From NCBI GenBank assembly GCA_963792785.1, contig CAWBXO010000001.1, positions 1,082,215-1,146,214 of the forward strand: a stretch of 64,000 nucleotides of DNA, written 5' to 3'. This DNA is from an uncultured Acidobacteriota bacterium. GTDB lineage: Bacteria; Acidobacteriota; Vicinamibacteria; Vicinamibacterales; CAVVIG01. The position numbers and the translations under genes are program-made. How positions within the stretch are numbered: position 1 is the first letter of the stretch; each line of letters opens with the position of its first letter. This document shows, one piece after another, positions 9,479 through 17,303 of the stretch. The notes under the pieces are model-generated. The model saw only the letters and a list, made by a program, of their open reading frames with translations. It did not search any database and had not been told where the DNA came from.

Positions 9479-10455
9479 TTCACCGTCACCTTGACGTGCG
9501 TCGTCGACCAGCAGCACTGGTCACCGCCGCCGCGCGTGCTGGAGTCGTCCTTGGCCTGGGCCATCAGCCAGTACTCGCCGGGCGCGTCAAACCACGCCTC
9601 GGTCTTGGCCTGCATGACCTCGCTCTCGTCGACGACCTTGCCATCCTCGCGCTTCTTGCTGAGGCTCAGCGAGGGATCGTCGATCGAGACCCAGCCCGGG
9701 CCGCGGTACTTCGACCACTCGAGGGTGACGTCCGTCGGCGCGCCACGGCCGCGGCCGAGCAGGCCCGCCGCACCACCGCGGCCCCCACGGCCGCCGCGCC
9801 CGCGCCCGGCATTGGCGTTGGCCACCGCCGCGCCGCCCAGGCCCTCGTACGGGTCGTACGTGTTGCCGAGGTCGGTCACGAACACCGTCAGATCGAGGGC
9901 CTTGTTGACCCCGACCTCGTAGGTCTGGGCGACAGGCTCCAGCACCGGCCCCCAGTGCCCCTTGTCGCTCGACGAGAAGCTGATGTGGGGCGGCGTGTTG
10001 CCGGTGGCCGCGAACTTGAAGAAATCGACCCAGTACGGCGGGTTGTTCCAAAAGCTGACCGTGCTCGTCTGCCCGTTGGCGACCAGCGTCCACGTGAGCC
10101 GGTTGGTGGTGCTCACGTTCGCTGGGAACCGCGCCGCGAAGACACCCCACTGCCGGCCGGTGAGGAAATGCGTCGGTTGCCCCAGATCGGCGGTGGCGCC
10201 GTCGAAATGGTTGCTCGGGCCGATGGGAATATCCAGCTCCTGATCCTTGTTCCGGTTGTAGTAGCCAATCAGGGCGGCGTTGGCGCCATCCTCGAGTGGC
10301 CCCCAGCCTTCGAACGCCGGATAGATGGCATCGCCGCTGGCCAGGTACGGACCCGGCAGGATGCCGGTCGGGATGCCCTGCCCGGAGCCGACGGCAATCC
10401 AGCCGGCGACAGCAACTCCGGCGAGGGCCGCAACCAAGGACCGCTTGACATGCAT
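9475..10455 (-). CDS. secreted partner protein of cassette A (unknown family, 326 aa)
   Basis: ATG 10455 (MHVKRSLVAALAGVAVAG...) lies within ORF 9475..11217. Shares the block EGW..DG...GY.NRN..E.D.P.G..N.F...GQPTHF with 17304..18305, 57058..58077 and 58081..59094. Has an RGG-rich insert. Confidence 0.8.
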   Translation of the reverse strand: MHVKRSLVAALAGVAVAGWIAVGSGQGIPTGILPGPYLASGDAIYPAFEGWGPLEDGANAALIGYYNRNKDQELDIPIGPSNHFDGATADLGQPTHFLTGRQWGVFAARFPANVSTTNRLTWTLVANGQTSTVSFWNNPPYWVDFFKFAATGNTPPHISFSSSDKGHWGPVLEPVAQTYEVGVNKALDLTVFVTDLGNTYDPYEGLGGAAVANANAGRGRGGRGGRGGAAGLLGRGRGAPTDVTLEWSKYRGPGWVSIDDPSLSLSKKREDGKVVDESEVMQAKTEAWFDAPGEYWLMAQAKDDSSTRGGGDQCCWSTTHVKVTVK

Positions 10456-10473
10456 GTTGTGAGTTCGCTCCTG

Positions 10474-10516
10474 ATAGGAAAGAAAGGCGCCATCGGGGAA
10501 TGCCCGATGGCGCCTT
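10474..10516 (-). terminator. intra-cassette hairpin/attenuator between the cassette A genes
   Basis: Perfect 14-bp stem aaggcgccatcggg/cccgatggcgcctt (10484..10516) with a 5-nt loop. On the minus strand it is followed by TTTCTTTCC, then the partner RBS AGGAG. Confidence 0.6.
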
Positions 10517-10556
10517 GGGTCGTTACCGATACGAATTGCGACGAACGCCCGAGACG

Positions 10557-11918
10557 CTACTGCTGTTGCTGCTGCTGGCTGTCCTGCGACAGACGAGCCT
10601 TGCGCGCGGCCACTTCCGTCTTGTAGTCCTCGTCGTTCATGTAGGTGACGTTCACCCACGCGTGCGCCATTTCGTCGACGGTGCGATCGCCGTAGCCCAC
10701 CCAGACGCTCGGGTCGGGGTTGTTCTTGTTGGCGCTCGTGTTGTCGTGCCAGCCCGTGATCCGGAGGATCGTGCCCTTCGGGAACATCGGGGCGGCATCG
10801 TCGGCGTAGAAGTAGCTGGTCATCCAGTTGAAGTTGAACTTGTCGACGTAGCTCAGCACCTGGATCTGGCCGCTCGGCAGAATGGCGTCCATCTCCATGG
10901 CCTTGCCGCGCAAGTGCATGTGCGGCTGGAAGCTCTCGACGCGCGCGTTCTCCTTCAGCACGAAGAAGCCCTGGGTGGCCTTGATGGTGTTCGGCGGGAT
11001 GTCGACGCCGCCGGCGTTGGTCGCGCCCATCAGGTGCAGCACCTGGCGGTACTTCGGCTCCTGGCCCTTCGGGTAGAAGTAGATGCCGAGTTCCACGTAG
11101 TCGGTGATGTCTTCCTCGACGCCGTGGTAGTGGATGTCCCAGTGGAGGCGCGAGCCGGGGAGCATCAGCTTGCCGCTGTCCGGCCGCATGAGCTCGCCCT
11201 GCTTGCCGACGGCCCATTCCATGAACGTGCCGCCCTGCGCGGCCAGATCCGGGTCATCGCTGACGGCGTAGAGCGGGTTGTCTTCCTGCTGCTCGAGGCG
11301 CGCGATCGCGTGGTGCGTGATCTTGCGGCCCGCGACGGTGTGCGGACGGATCTCGATGGCGCGGACCCAGCGCGGCTCCGTGATGCCGGTCTCGACGACC
11401 GGACGCCACCAGGTGTCGTTCGCACCGGCCTTCTGCGTCCACGGCGTGGACTGGATGATCAGGTCCGGCTCTTTCTGGCCGAACATCGACGCGTAGTACC
11501 AACCCTGACCCGTCGGCCACTGAATCGCGGCCGGCATGTCCTTCGGATCGCCCTTCGGCGCGCCGCCGTCGATCCACGCGAGAATCGTCGCGAGCTGCGT
11601 GTCGCTCAGCGAACGGTCGTTCTTGAACTCCTGGATGCCCACCTCTTTGTTGATGGACCAGGGCGGCATCTGCCGATCCGCCACGCGCGCGCGAATCGAG
11701 CGAATCCACGGTCGGGTCGACTCATACGTCTGGAGCGACATCGGCGCGATGGAATCCGGACGGTGGCAGGCTTCGCACTTCTCCTGGAAGATCGGTGCGA
11801 TGTCCTTGGTGAAGGTTGGCGTGGTGGCTGCGTCTGCGGCTGACGCCACGGCCGGTGCCGCTGCGCCCACCGCGAAGACCAGAGCCAGCACACCGAAGGA
11901 TTTCCACGTCGTGCTCAT
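10557..11918 (-). CDS. haem-c (PSCyt1-like) / PHM-DBH-like copper monooxygenase fusion protein, poly-Gln C-terminus (cassette A)
   Basis: 453 aa with a signal peptide and RBS AAGGAG. Haem-c domain motifs: CEACH, MPPW, LSDTQLATILAWIDGGAP. Copper-ligand-like motifs: ITHHAI, DIHYHG, QPHMHLRG, TVDEMAHAW. Ends in QQQQQQ. Confidence 0.85.
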   Translation of the reverse strand: MSTTWKSFGVLALVFAVGAAAPAVASAADAATTPTFTKDIAPIFQEKCEACHRPDSIAPMSLQTYESTRPWIRSIRARVADRQMPPWSINKEVGIQEFKNDRSLSDTQLATILAWIDGGAPKGDPKDMPAAIQWPTGQGWYYASMFGQKEPDLIIQSTPWTQKAGANDTWWRPVVETGITEPRWVRAIEIRPHTVAGRKITHHAIARLEQQEDNPLYAVSDDPDLAAQGGTFMEWAVGKQGELMRPDSGKLMLPGSRLHWDIHYHGVEEDITDYVELGIYFYPKGQEPKYRQVLHLMGATNAGGVDIPPNTIKATQGFFVLKENARVESFQPHMHLRGKAMEMDAILPSGQIQVLSYVDKFNFNWMTSYFYADDAAPMFPKGTILRITGWHDNTSANKNNPDPSVWVGYGDRTVDEMAHAWVNVTYMNDEDYKTEVAARKARLSQDSQQQQQQ

Positions 11919-12127
11919 TCTCGGCGCTCCTTAGTAGTAAGGTTGCTCCCGCCCGCCGGCGATCGCCCCGGACCAACAGGCCTGTCAGTCCTGCTGGCGC
12001 GAGATCGACCCCGTTGGCTTGTCGAAACCGTAACACGGCCTAAGTCATACTGTCCAGAGAACTTTTCGCCTTTCGGTGTACACAAACGGAGACCAATTCC
12101 TGGACTCGCGCGCGACCGAAACCGGCC

Positions 12128-12167
12128 CAAAAACAACGATCCTGGCGCTTTCCCGTCTCGGGGCGCC
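12128..12167 (-). terminator. possible terminator after the DapA-family gene
   Basis: On the minus strand, GGCGC-CCCG-aga-CGGG-aaa-GCGCC starts right after the stop codon. A GTTGTTTTT run follows 7 nt later. The spacing is non-canonical. Confidence 0.35.
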
Positions 12168-13250
12168 TCAGAGCCCCGGAACCAGGTAAGGCCGGAGCGC
12201 CTCGAAGCGGTAGTCCGCCTCCTGGATCTCTTCGGCCGAGAGCCCCCCCGCCCGCACCTTCGCCGACGATGCCACGCCCGTCCCCGCGGGCCGGCCGGCC
12301 CGGACGGCGGTGGTCTTGAAGAGGCCCCGCTTCTGCATCACGTAGAGTTCGACCCCCGGCACGGCGCGGCTCAGATTGCGCATCAGCAGAAACGCGGCGT
12401 ACGCATCCCGCAGTTCCTCGGCGCGGCCGACCTCGTGCAGCGCCCACAGCCGCGCCATCAAATCGGCGTACATCGCGTTGCCGGTGATCACGCCGTCCAC
12501 GCCCTGACGCATCTGATAGAGCCACCACTCGCCGAGGTTCGCGCCGAAGATGGCGCGCAGCGGCGGCCGCGCGGCGACCTCCGCGCGCACGCGCTCGGCC
12601 AGCGGATCCGATTCCTCCTTCACGTAGCCGAGGTGCGGGAACTCGCGCGCCAGGTCGATGATGAGATCCACGGGCGGTGGCAGGTTCGGCGCGCCGCCCG
12701 AGGTCTGGACGATCACGGGGCGCTTGGTTGCGCCGCCCAGCGCGCGGAAGTACTCGCGGTACTCCGCGACCGACGAGGCGGCCTTCGGCGGCATCGCGAT
12801 CATCGCGTCGGTGCCGAGCGTCTCGCCGAGCGCGGCGTACTCGAGCATCTCGGCCGTGTGCTCGCCCTGCACGCCGAGCGTCAGCACCGCGCGGCGTCCG
12901 CGCAGGGCCCCGGCCAGCACCTCCATGCCCTTGCGACGCTCGCCGTCGGTCAGCGTCGCCAGGCCGCTCGATCCCTGGGGCCACACCACGCCGTGCGCGC
13001 CGGCGCGATCCACGAACTCGGCCTCGCGGGCCAGGTCATCCCAGTCCACGGCGCCCGCGGCGGTGAACGGCGTGTGGAGGATCATGAATGCGCCGCGCAT
13101 CGGCTTGCCGGAGAGCGTGGTCGGGACAGGCCCTGGGACGGCGGCGGGCGCGGCGGCGCGCGCCGCCGCCGGCGCGGCAGCCAGGGCGGCAAAGGCGGCC
13201 AGGCACTCGCGGCGGGAGAGGCGATTGAGGCGATGAGGGTCGCTCGGCAT
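12168..13250 (-). CDS. dihydrodipicolinate synthase/N-acetylneuraminate lyase family protein with Tat signal
   Basis: 360 aa with a twin-arginine leader (LSRRECLAAFAALAAAPAAARA). DHDPS-family body with GYVKEES (Schiff-base Lys region). Confidence 0.85.
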   Translation of the reverse strand: MPSDPHRLNRLSRRECLAAFAALAAAPAAARAAAPAAVPGPVPTTLSGKPMRGAFMILHTPFTAAGAVDWDDLAREAEFVDRAGAHGVVWPQGSSGLATLTDGERRKGMEVLAGALRGRRAVLTLGVQGEHTAEMLEYAALGETLGTDAMIAMPPKAASSVAEYREYFRALGGATKRPVIVQTSGGAPNLPPPVDLIIDLAREFPHLGYVKEESDPLAERVRAEVAARPPLRAIFGANLGEWWLYQMRQGVDGVITGNAMYADLMARLWALHEVGRAEELRDAYAAFLLMRNLSRAVPGVELYVMQKRGLFKTTAVRAGRPAGTGVASSAKVRAGGLSAEEIQEADYRFEALRPYLVPGL

Positions 13251-13271
13251 GCCGGCATCCTAACGCAGGTC

Positions 13272-13303
13272 GGGGTGGGTCGGGGTGGGTCGGGTGGGTT
13301 GGG
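13272..13303 (+). other. G-quadruplex-forming tandem repeat (7 G-tracts, GGGGTGGGTC units)
   Basis: The sequence cggggtgggtcggggtgggtcgggtgggttggg lies in the 72-bp divergent region between starts 13250 (-) and 13323 (+). Confidence 0.6.
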
Positions 13304-13322
13304 ACCGTGTTACGGTGCACCG

Positions 13323-13935
13323 GTGCGACGATTCCCTGGGCCGGCCGCCGTGGTGCTCGCGGCGCTCACGTGCGGCGCCGGCGTCGCCCGCGCGCACGAC
13401 CTCGCGCGGAGCGAGTCCCGGGTGACCCTCGCGGGGCCGCGCGAACTGCAGGCCGGCCTCATCCTCAACCTGCTCGACTTCGGCGCCCTGGCGGATTCTG
13501 GATCGCAACCGCGACCAGGTGTTCACGTACGACGAGGTGGACCGCGGCATCGATCGGCTCTACGCGCTCGTGAAGGATCACTTCTCCGTCGGCGGCCCGC
13601 AGGCGGCGGCGTCGACATCGCTCGATCGCTACGAGCTGCTCGACACGACGGCGGTCCGCCTCGACCTCACGTACCGCTTCGACGCCGACGTCACGGCGAT
13701 TCGCGTCACCTCTACGCTCGGCGAGGTCTCGCAGCCCGAGCACGTCCACGTGACGGGGGTCGAGGGCGCCGATGGCGCGCGCGAGCAGGCGGTGCTGGCG
13801 GGCGCCACGCGCGAGGCGACGTTCGCGCTCCCGGGCGGCCTCTCGTTCGCGCGCCTCGGGCGCGTCGTGCTCGTCGCGCTCGCGCTCATGAGCCTCGTCG
13901 CCTACGCGCTGGTACGGCGCTTCGTCCTGTCGTAG
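13323..13935 (+). pseudogene. small membrane-anchored EF-hand-like protein, +1 frameshift near 13496
   Basis: GTG 13323 gives a signal-like N-terminus (VRRFPGPAAVVLAALTCGAGVARA). The reading frame switches at ggaTTctg into ORF 13519..13935. The join restores DLDRNRDQVFTYDE, which fits the EF-hand loop pattern D-x-N-x-D-x6-E. Has a C-terminal TM helix. Confidence 0.65.
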
Positions 13936-13948
13936 GATCGATCCGCCC

Positions 13949-15343
13949 ATGCATCGTTCCCGCGCCCTGCTGGCGGCGGCCGCCGCGCTCATCCTTGCTG
14001 CCCTCGTCGTGGCTGGCCTCGTGCTGTGGCTGCGCGTCGCGCCGGCGGCGCCGGGCAGCGGCGACGCGCCGGTGCGGATTCCCGCGACCGGCCCGATCAC
14101 CGTCGCGCTGGCCGGCGACACGCTGCTCGTCGGGTCGCCGGACGATCCCGCCGCGACGCCGGTGTTCGACCTCGTGCGCGGCGCCACGCTCGGCCTGGCG
14201 AATCTCGAGATGAACCTGCTCGACGACGACACGCCGGCGGATCCGGCGCGATGGCCGTTCGCGCCGCCACGCGGCGCCGCCACGCTGCGCGCGCTCGGCT
14301 TCGACGCCGTCTCGCTGGCCAACAACCATGCCACCGACTACGACGAGGCCGGGCTGCGCGCCACCGCGCGCGTCCTCGACGCGCACGGCCTGCTGCACGC
14401 CGGCACGGGCGCCGACCTCGCGGCCGCGCGCGCCGCGGCGGTCGTGGGCGCCGGCGCCCGCGGCGCCGCGCTCATCTCGATCACCACCTCGTCGTCGGAA
14501 CGATCGCGCGCCACGCTGACGCGCGGCGACATCACCGGCCGCCCCGGCGTGAACCCGCTCCGGTACCGCGCGGAAGTGACCGCCGACCCGCAGACGTTCG
14601 CCAGCCTCAAGTCCACCGTCGAGATGCTCCAGGCTGGCGACGCCTCCGAGGACGCGCTCACGATGTTCGGCACGACGGTCCGCCGCGGCGCGGCCACGTC
14701 GGTCGACTTCCTCGTGGACGAGGACGACGTGCGGGAGGCGCTGGACGCCGTCCGGGCGGCGCGGCGGGCGGCCGGGCTCGTGATCGTGGCCGTGCACAGC
14801 CACGAACCGAACAACCGGAGCGACGCGCCCGCGGGCTTCGTGCGCGAGTTCGCGCACCAGGCGATCGACGCGGGCGCGAGCCTCGTCGTCGGCCACGGGC
14901 CGCACCGGCTGCGCGGCATCGAGCGCTACAAGAACGGCGTGATCCTCTACAGCCTCGGCAACTTCCTGTATCCCGTGGCGGCGCTCGATCCGCGGGCGGC
15001 CGACGAGTTCGACGCCGGCGCGGATCTCTTCGCGCGCGCCGTCGGCATGCTCGGCGGCGTCGCGGGCGCGGGGAGCTTCGCCGAGGACCTTCGGGATCCG
15101 TCGTGGTGGACGAGCGTCGTGGCGGTGGCGACGTTCGAGGACGGCGCGCTGACCGGCCTGGCGCTGCACCCGATCGACCTGGGCGTCGACCGGCCGCTCG
15201 ACGAACGCGGCGTGCCCCACCCCGCCGAAGGCGCGCGCGCCACGGCGATCCTCGAGACGCTCACGCGGCTCTCCGAGCCGTTCCAGACGCGCATTGAAAC
15301 TGAGAAGCTGGGGAACTGGGAAACTGGGGAAGTCGCTCCCTAG
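13949..15343 (+). CDS. CapA family (PGA_cap metallophosphatase-like) protein
   Basis: 464 aa with an N-terminal TM helix. Motifs: GDTLL, ANLE, SLANNHATDYDEAGL, VHSHEPN, GHGPH. Confidence 0.85.
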   Translation: MHRSRALLAAAAALILAALVVAGLVLWLRVAPAAPGSGDAPVRIPATGPITVALAGDTLLVGSPDDPAATPVFDLVRGATLGLANLEMNLLDDDTPADPARWPFAPPRGAATLRALGFDAVSLANNHATDYDEAGLRATARVLDAHGLLHAGTGADLAAARAAAVVGAGARGAALISITTSSSERSRATLTRGDITGRPGVNPLRYRAEVTADPQTFASLKSTVEMLQAGDASEDALTMFGTTVRRGAATSVDFLVDEDDVREALDAVRAARRAAGLVIVAVHSHEPNNRSDAPAGFVREFAHQAIDAGASLVVGHGPHRLRGIERYKNGVILYSLGNFLYPVAALDPRAADEFDAGADLFARAVGMLGGVAGAGSFAEDLRDPSWWTSVVAVATFEDGALTGLALHPIDLGVDRPLDERGVPHPAEGARATAILETLTRLSEPFQTRIETEKLGNWETGEVAP

Positions 15344-15380
15344 CTCCTCAGCTCCTCAGTTCCTCAGTTTCCTCAGCCCC
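15300..15380. repeat. inverted octamer-repeat block at the convergent CapA/RmuC 3' ends
   Basis: ctgagaag ctggggaa ctgggaaa ctggggaa (15300..15331) faces ctcctcag ctcctcag ttcctcag tttcctcag (15344..15376). The arms are imperfect reverse complements and encode both C-terminal tails. Confidence 0.7.
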
Positions 15381-16568
15381 AAACGGAAGCCCCTCGGTCA
15401 GCTCGGGCGCCTGGAGCGCGCGGGGCACGCGGTCGATCACGTCGATGGCGGGAATGTCCTCGCTCACGCCGGCGGACTGCAGCTCCTTGAACTTGCGCGC
15501 CTTGATGAGGACGTTGCCCTCGAGAGAGCCGACGGCGTTGTTATAGGCATCGAGGCTCGCCTTGAGCTTGCCGCCGAGATTCTCGAAATGCCCGCCGAGC
15601 ACGCGCACGGCGTCGTAAAGCTGGCGCCCCAGCTCGCTGATGCGGCGCGCGTTCTCTTCCACCGCCTGCTGCTGCCAGCCGTACGCCACCGCGCGCAGCA
15701 GCGCGATGAGCGTCGTCGGGCTGGCCGGGATCACGTGCCGCTCGACGCCGAACTCGATGAGGGTGGGATCCTGCTCGAGGGCCGCGCTGAAAAACACCTC
15801 GCCCGGCAGGAACATCACGACGAACTCGGGGCTCGGCTGCACGTGCGCCGCATAGCTCTTGCCCGCGAGCTGCAGGAGGTGGGTCCTCACCTGGCGCGCG
15901 TGATCCGCGAGCAGCCGCTGGCGCGACTCCTCGTCGGTGGCCTCGAGGGCTTTCAGGTACGCGTCGAGCGGCACCTTGGCGTCGATGACCACGCGCTTAC
16001 CGCCGGGGAGGCTGACGATCACGTCGGGGCGCAGCCGCGCGCCGTCCGCCCCCTCGATGGTCTGCTGCTCGGTGAAGTCGCAGTGCTCCATCATGCCCGC
16101 GAGCTCCACGACGCGCTTGAGCTGGATCTCACCCCAGCGCCCGCGCACGCCGGGCCGCTTCAAGGCGTCGACGAGCCGGTGCGTCTCGGCGCGCAGGCCC
16201 TGACCGGCCGTGTCGAGCGCGGCGATCTTCTCGAGGAGCATGGCGCCGGTCTCGGAGCGGCGCCGCTCGGCGTCCTTGATCTCGCGGTCGACCGACTCGA
16301 GCGCCTTTGCCATCGGCGAGAGCAGATCTTCGATGGCCTTCTTCCGCGCGTCGATGTCGGCGGTCGTCTGGGCGCGGGTCTCGCGCAGACGGCTCTCCGC
16401 CAGGTCGAGAAACGCCTGATTGTTCTGCCGCAGCGCCTCGGCGCTCAACGACTGGATCGTGTCGCGCAGCGCCCGGTCGGCCTTCGGGCGCGCCACGAGC
16501 CAGCCGACGAGGACACCCGCGGCCAGCGCCGCGACGAGCAGGATGGCGGAGAGTGGTTCTATGGACAC
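15348..16568 (-). CDS. rmuC: DNA recombination protein RmuC
   Basis: 406 aa with an N-terminal TM helix, a coiled-coil and the conserved RmuC C-terminal core (RPDVIVSLPGGKRVVIDAKVPL ... FVVMFLPGE). Confidence 0.9.
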   Translation of the reverse strand: MSIEPLSAILLVAALAAGVLVGWLVARPKADRALRDTIQSLSAEALRQNNQAFLDLAESRLRETRAQTTADIDARKKAIEDLLSPMAKALESVDREIKDAERRRSETGAMLLEKIAALDTAGQGLRAETHRLVDALKRPGVRGRWGEIQLKRVVELAGMMEHCDFTEQQTIEGADGARLRPDVIVSLPGGKRVVIDAKVPLDAYLKALEATDEESRQRLLADHARQVRTHLLQLAGKSYAAHVQPSPEFVVMFLPGEVFFSAALEQDPTLIEFGVERHVIPASPTTLIALLRAVAYGWQQQAVEENARRISELGRQLYDAVRVLGGHFENLGGKLKASLDAYNNAVGSLEGNVLIKARKFKELQSAGVSEDIPAIDVIDRVPRALQAPELTEGLPFGAEETEELRS

Positions 16569-16573
16569 AGTAT

Positions 16574-16745
16574 AGTCGTCAGTCGTCAGTCGCTAGTCGT
16601 CAGTCCGACAGTCGCTAGTCGTCAGTCCGTCAGTCGCTAGTCGCTAGTCGTCAGTCGTCAGTCGCTAGTCGTCAGTCCGACAGTCGCTAGTCGTCAGTCC
16701 GTCAGTCGCTAGTCGCTAGTCAGTCGCTAGTCGGCTAGTCGTCAG
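16574..16745. repeat. heptamer microsatellite (AGTCGTC/AGTCGCT/AGTCCGWC, about 24 units) with a 72-bp higher-order unit x2.3
   Basis: Read directly from the sequence. It fills the whole space between the RmuC GTG start (16568) and the stop of 16742..17227. Confidence 0.9.
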
Positions 16746-17227
16746 CGGTTGACGACGAACGGTAGCCACGAGGGCGGCAGGGGCAGCTCGCGCGCCCGCA
16801 GCCCGCGCGCCACGGCGGCCAGTGCGCGCCGTGCCTCGAGCTGTGCATGGCGACGCTCGTCCGCGAACCGCTCCGGCCCGCGCGGCGCGATCCCGCGCGC
16901 CGCCGCGCGATCCGCCTGGAGCCGCGACAGCCGCGCGCGGTTCACTGGTTCGAACGGCTGACCGGTCTCGAGCCGCTCGGGGCTGCCCGTGAACACGCGG
17001 CCCGCGTCCTCGAGCGCGCGCTGGCGCCGCGCCTCCGCTCGGTGGCAGGCGAAGCACAGCGTGCGCGCGCGCCTGACGTCGATGCCGCGCCGCTCGGCTT
17101 CGGCCAGCGCGGCCCGGCAGGCCGGGCACAGGGCCCGATGGGCCAGCGCCTGCAGTTCGCCGCCAGGTAGCGTAACCCACTCATCTGCAACAGTTTCCAC
17201 GGAGTCGTGACCGGTCTCGATCTTCAT
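16742..17227 (-). CDS. hypothetical zinc-ribbon-like protein (161 aa)
   Basis: ORF with CPAC...CFAC cysteine pairs and an Arg/Ala-rich helical remainder. No signal peptide. No family recognised. Confidence 0.5.
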   Translation of the reverse strand: MKIETGHDSVETVADEWVTLPGGELQALAHRALCPACRAALAEAERRGIDVRRARTLCFACHRAEARRQRALEDAGRVFTGSPERLETGQPFEPVNRARLSRLQADRAAARGIAPRGPERFADERRHAQLEARRALAAVARGLRARELPLPPSWLPFVVNR

Positions 17228-17303
17228 GAGCCCAGTCTACGGCGGGGGTATGACAGGACGGGTCACACCGGGGAGAGCCTTTGGGGTTTCGTCGACGAGC
17301 AAC

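Noticed and set aside
16574-16745. Possible CRISPR array
   Set aside because: The units are only 7-8 bp with no unique spacers. No cas genes are present in the window. This is a microsatellite.
16742-17227. CFACH read as a haem-c attachment site (a small cytochrome)
   Set aside because: The protein has no signal peptide. The motif pairs with an upstream CPAC in a zinc-ribbon-like arrangement, so a cytoplasmic zinc-binding protein is more plausible.
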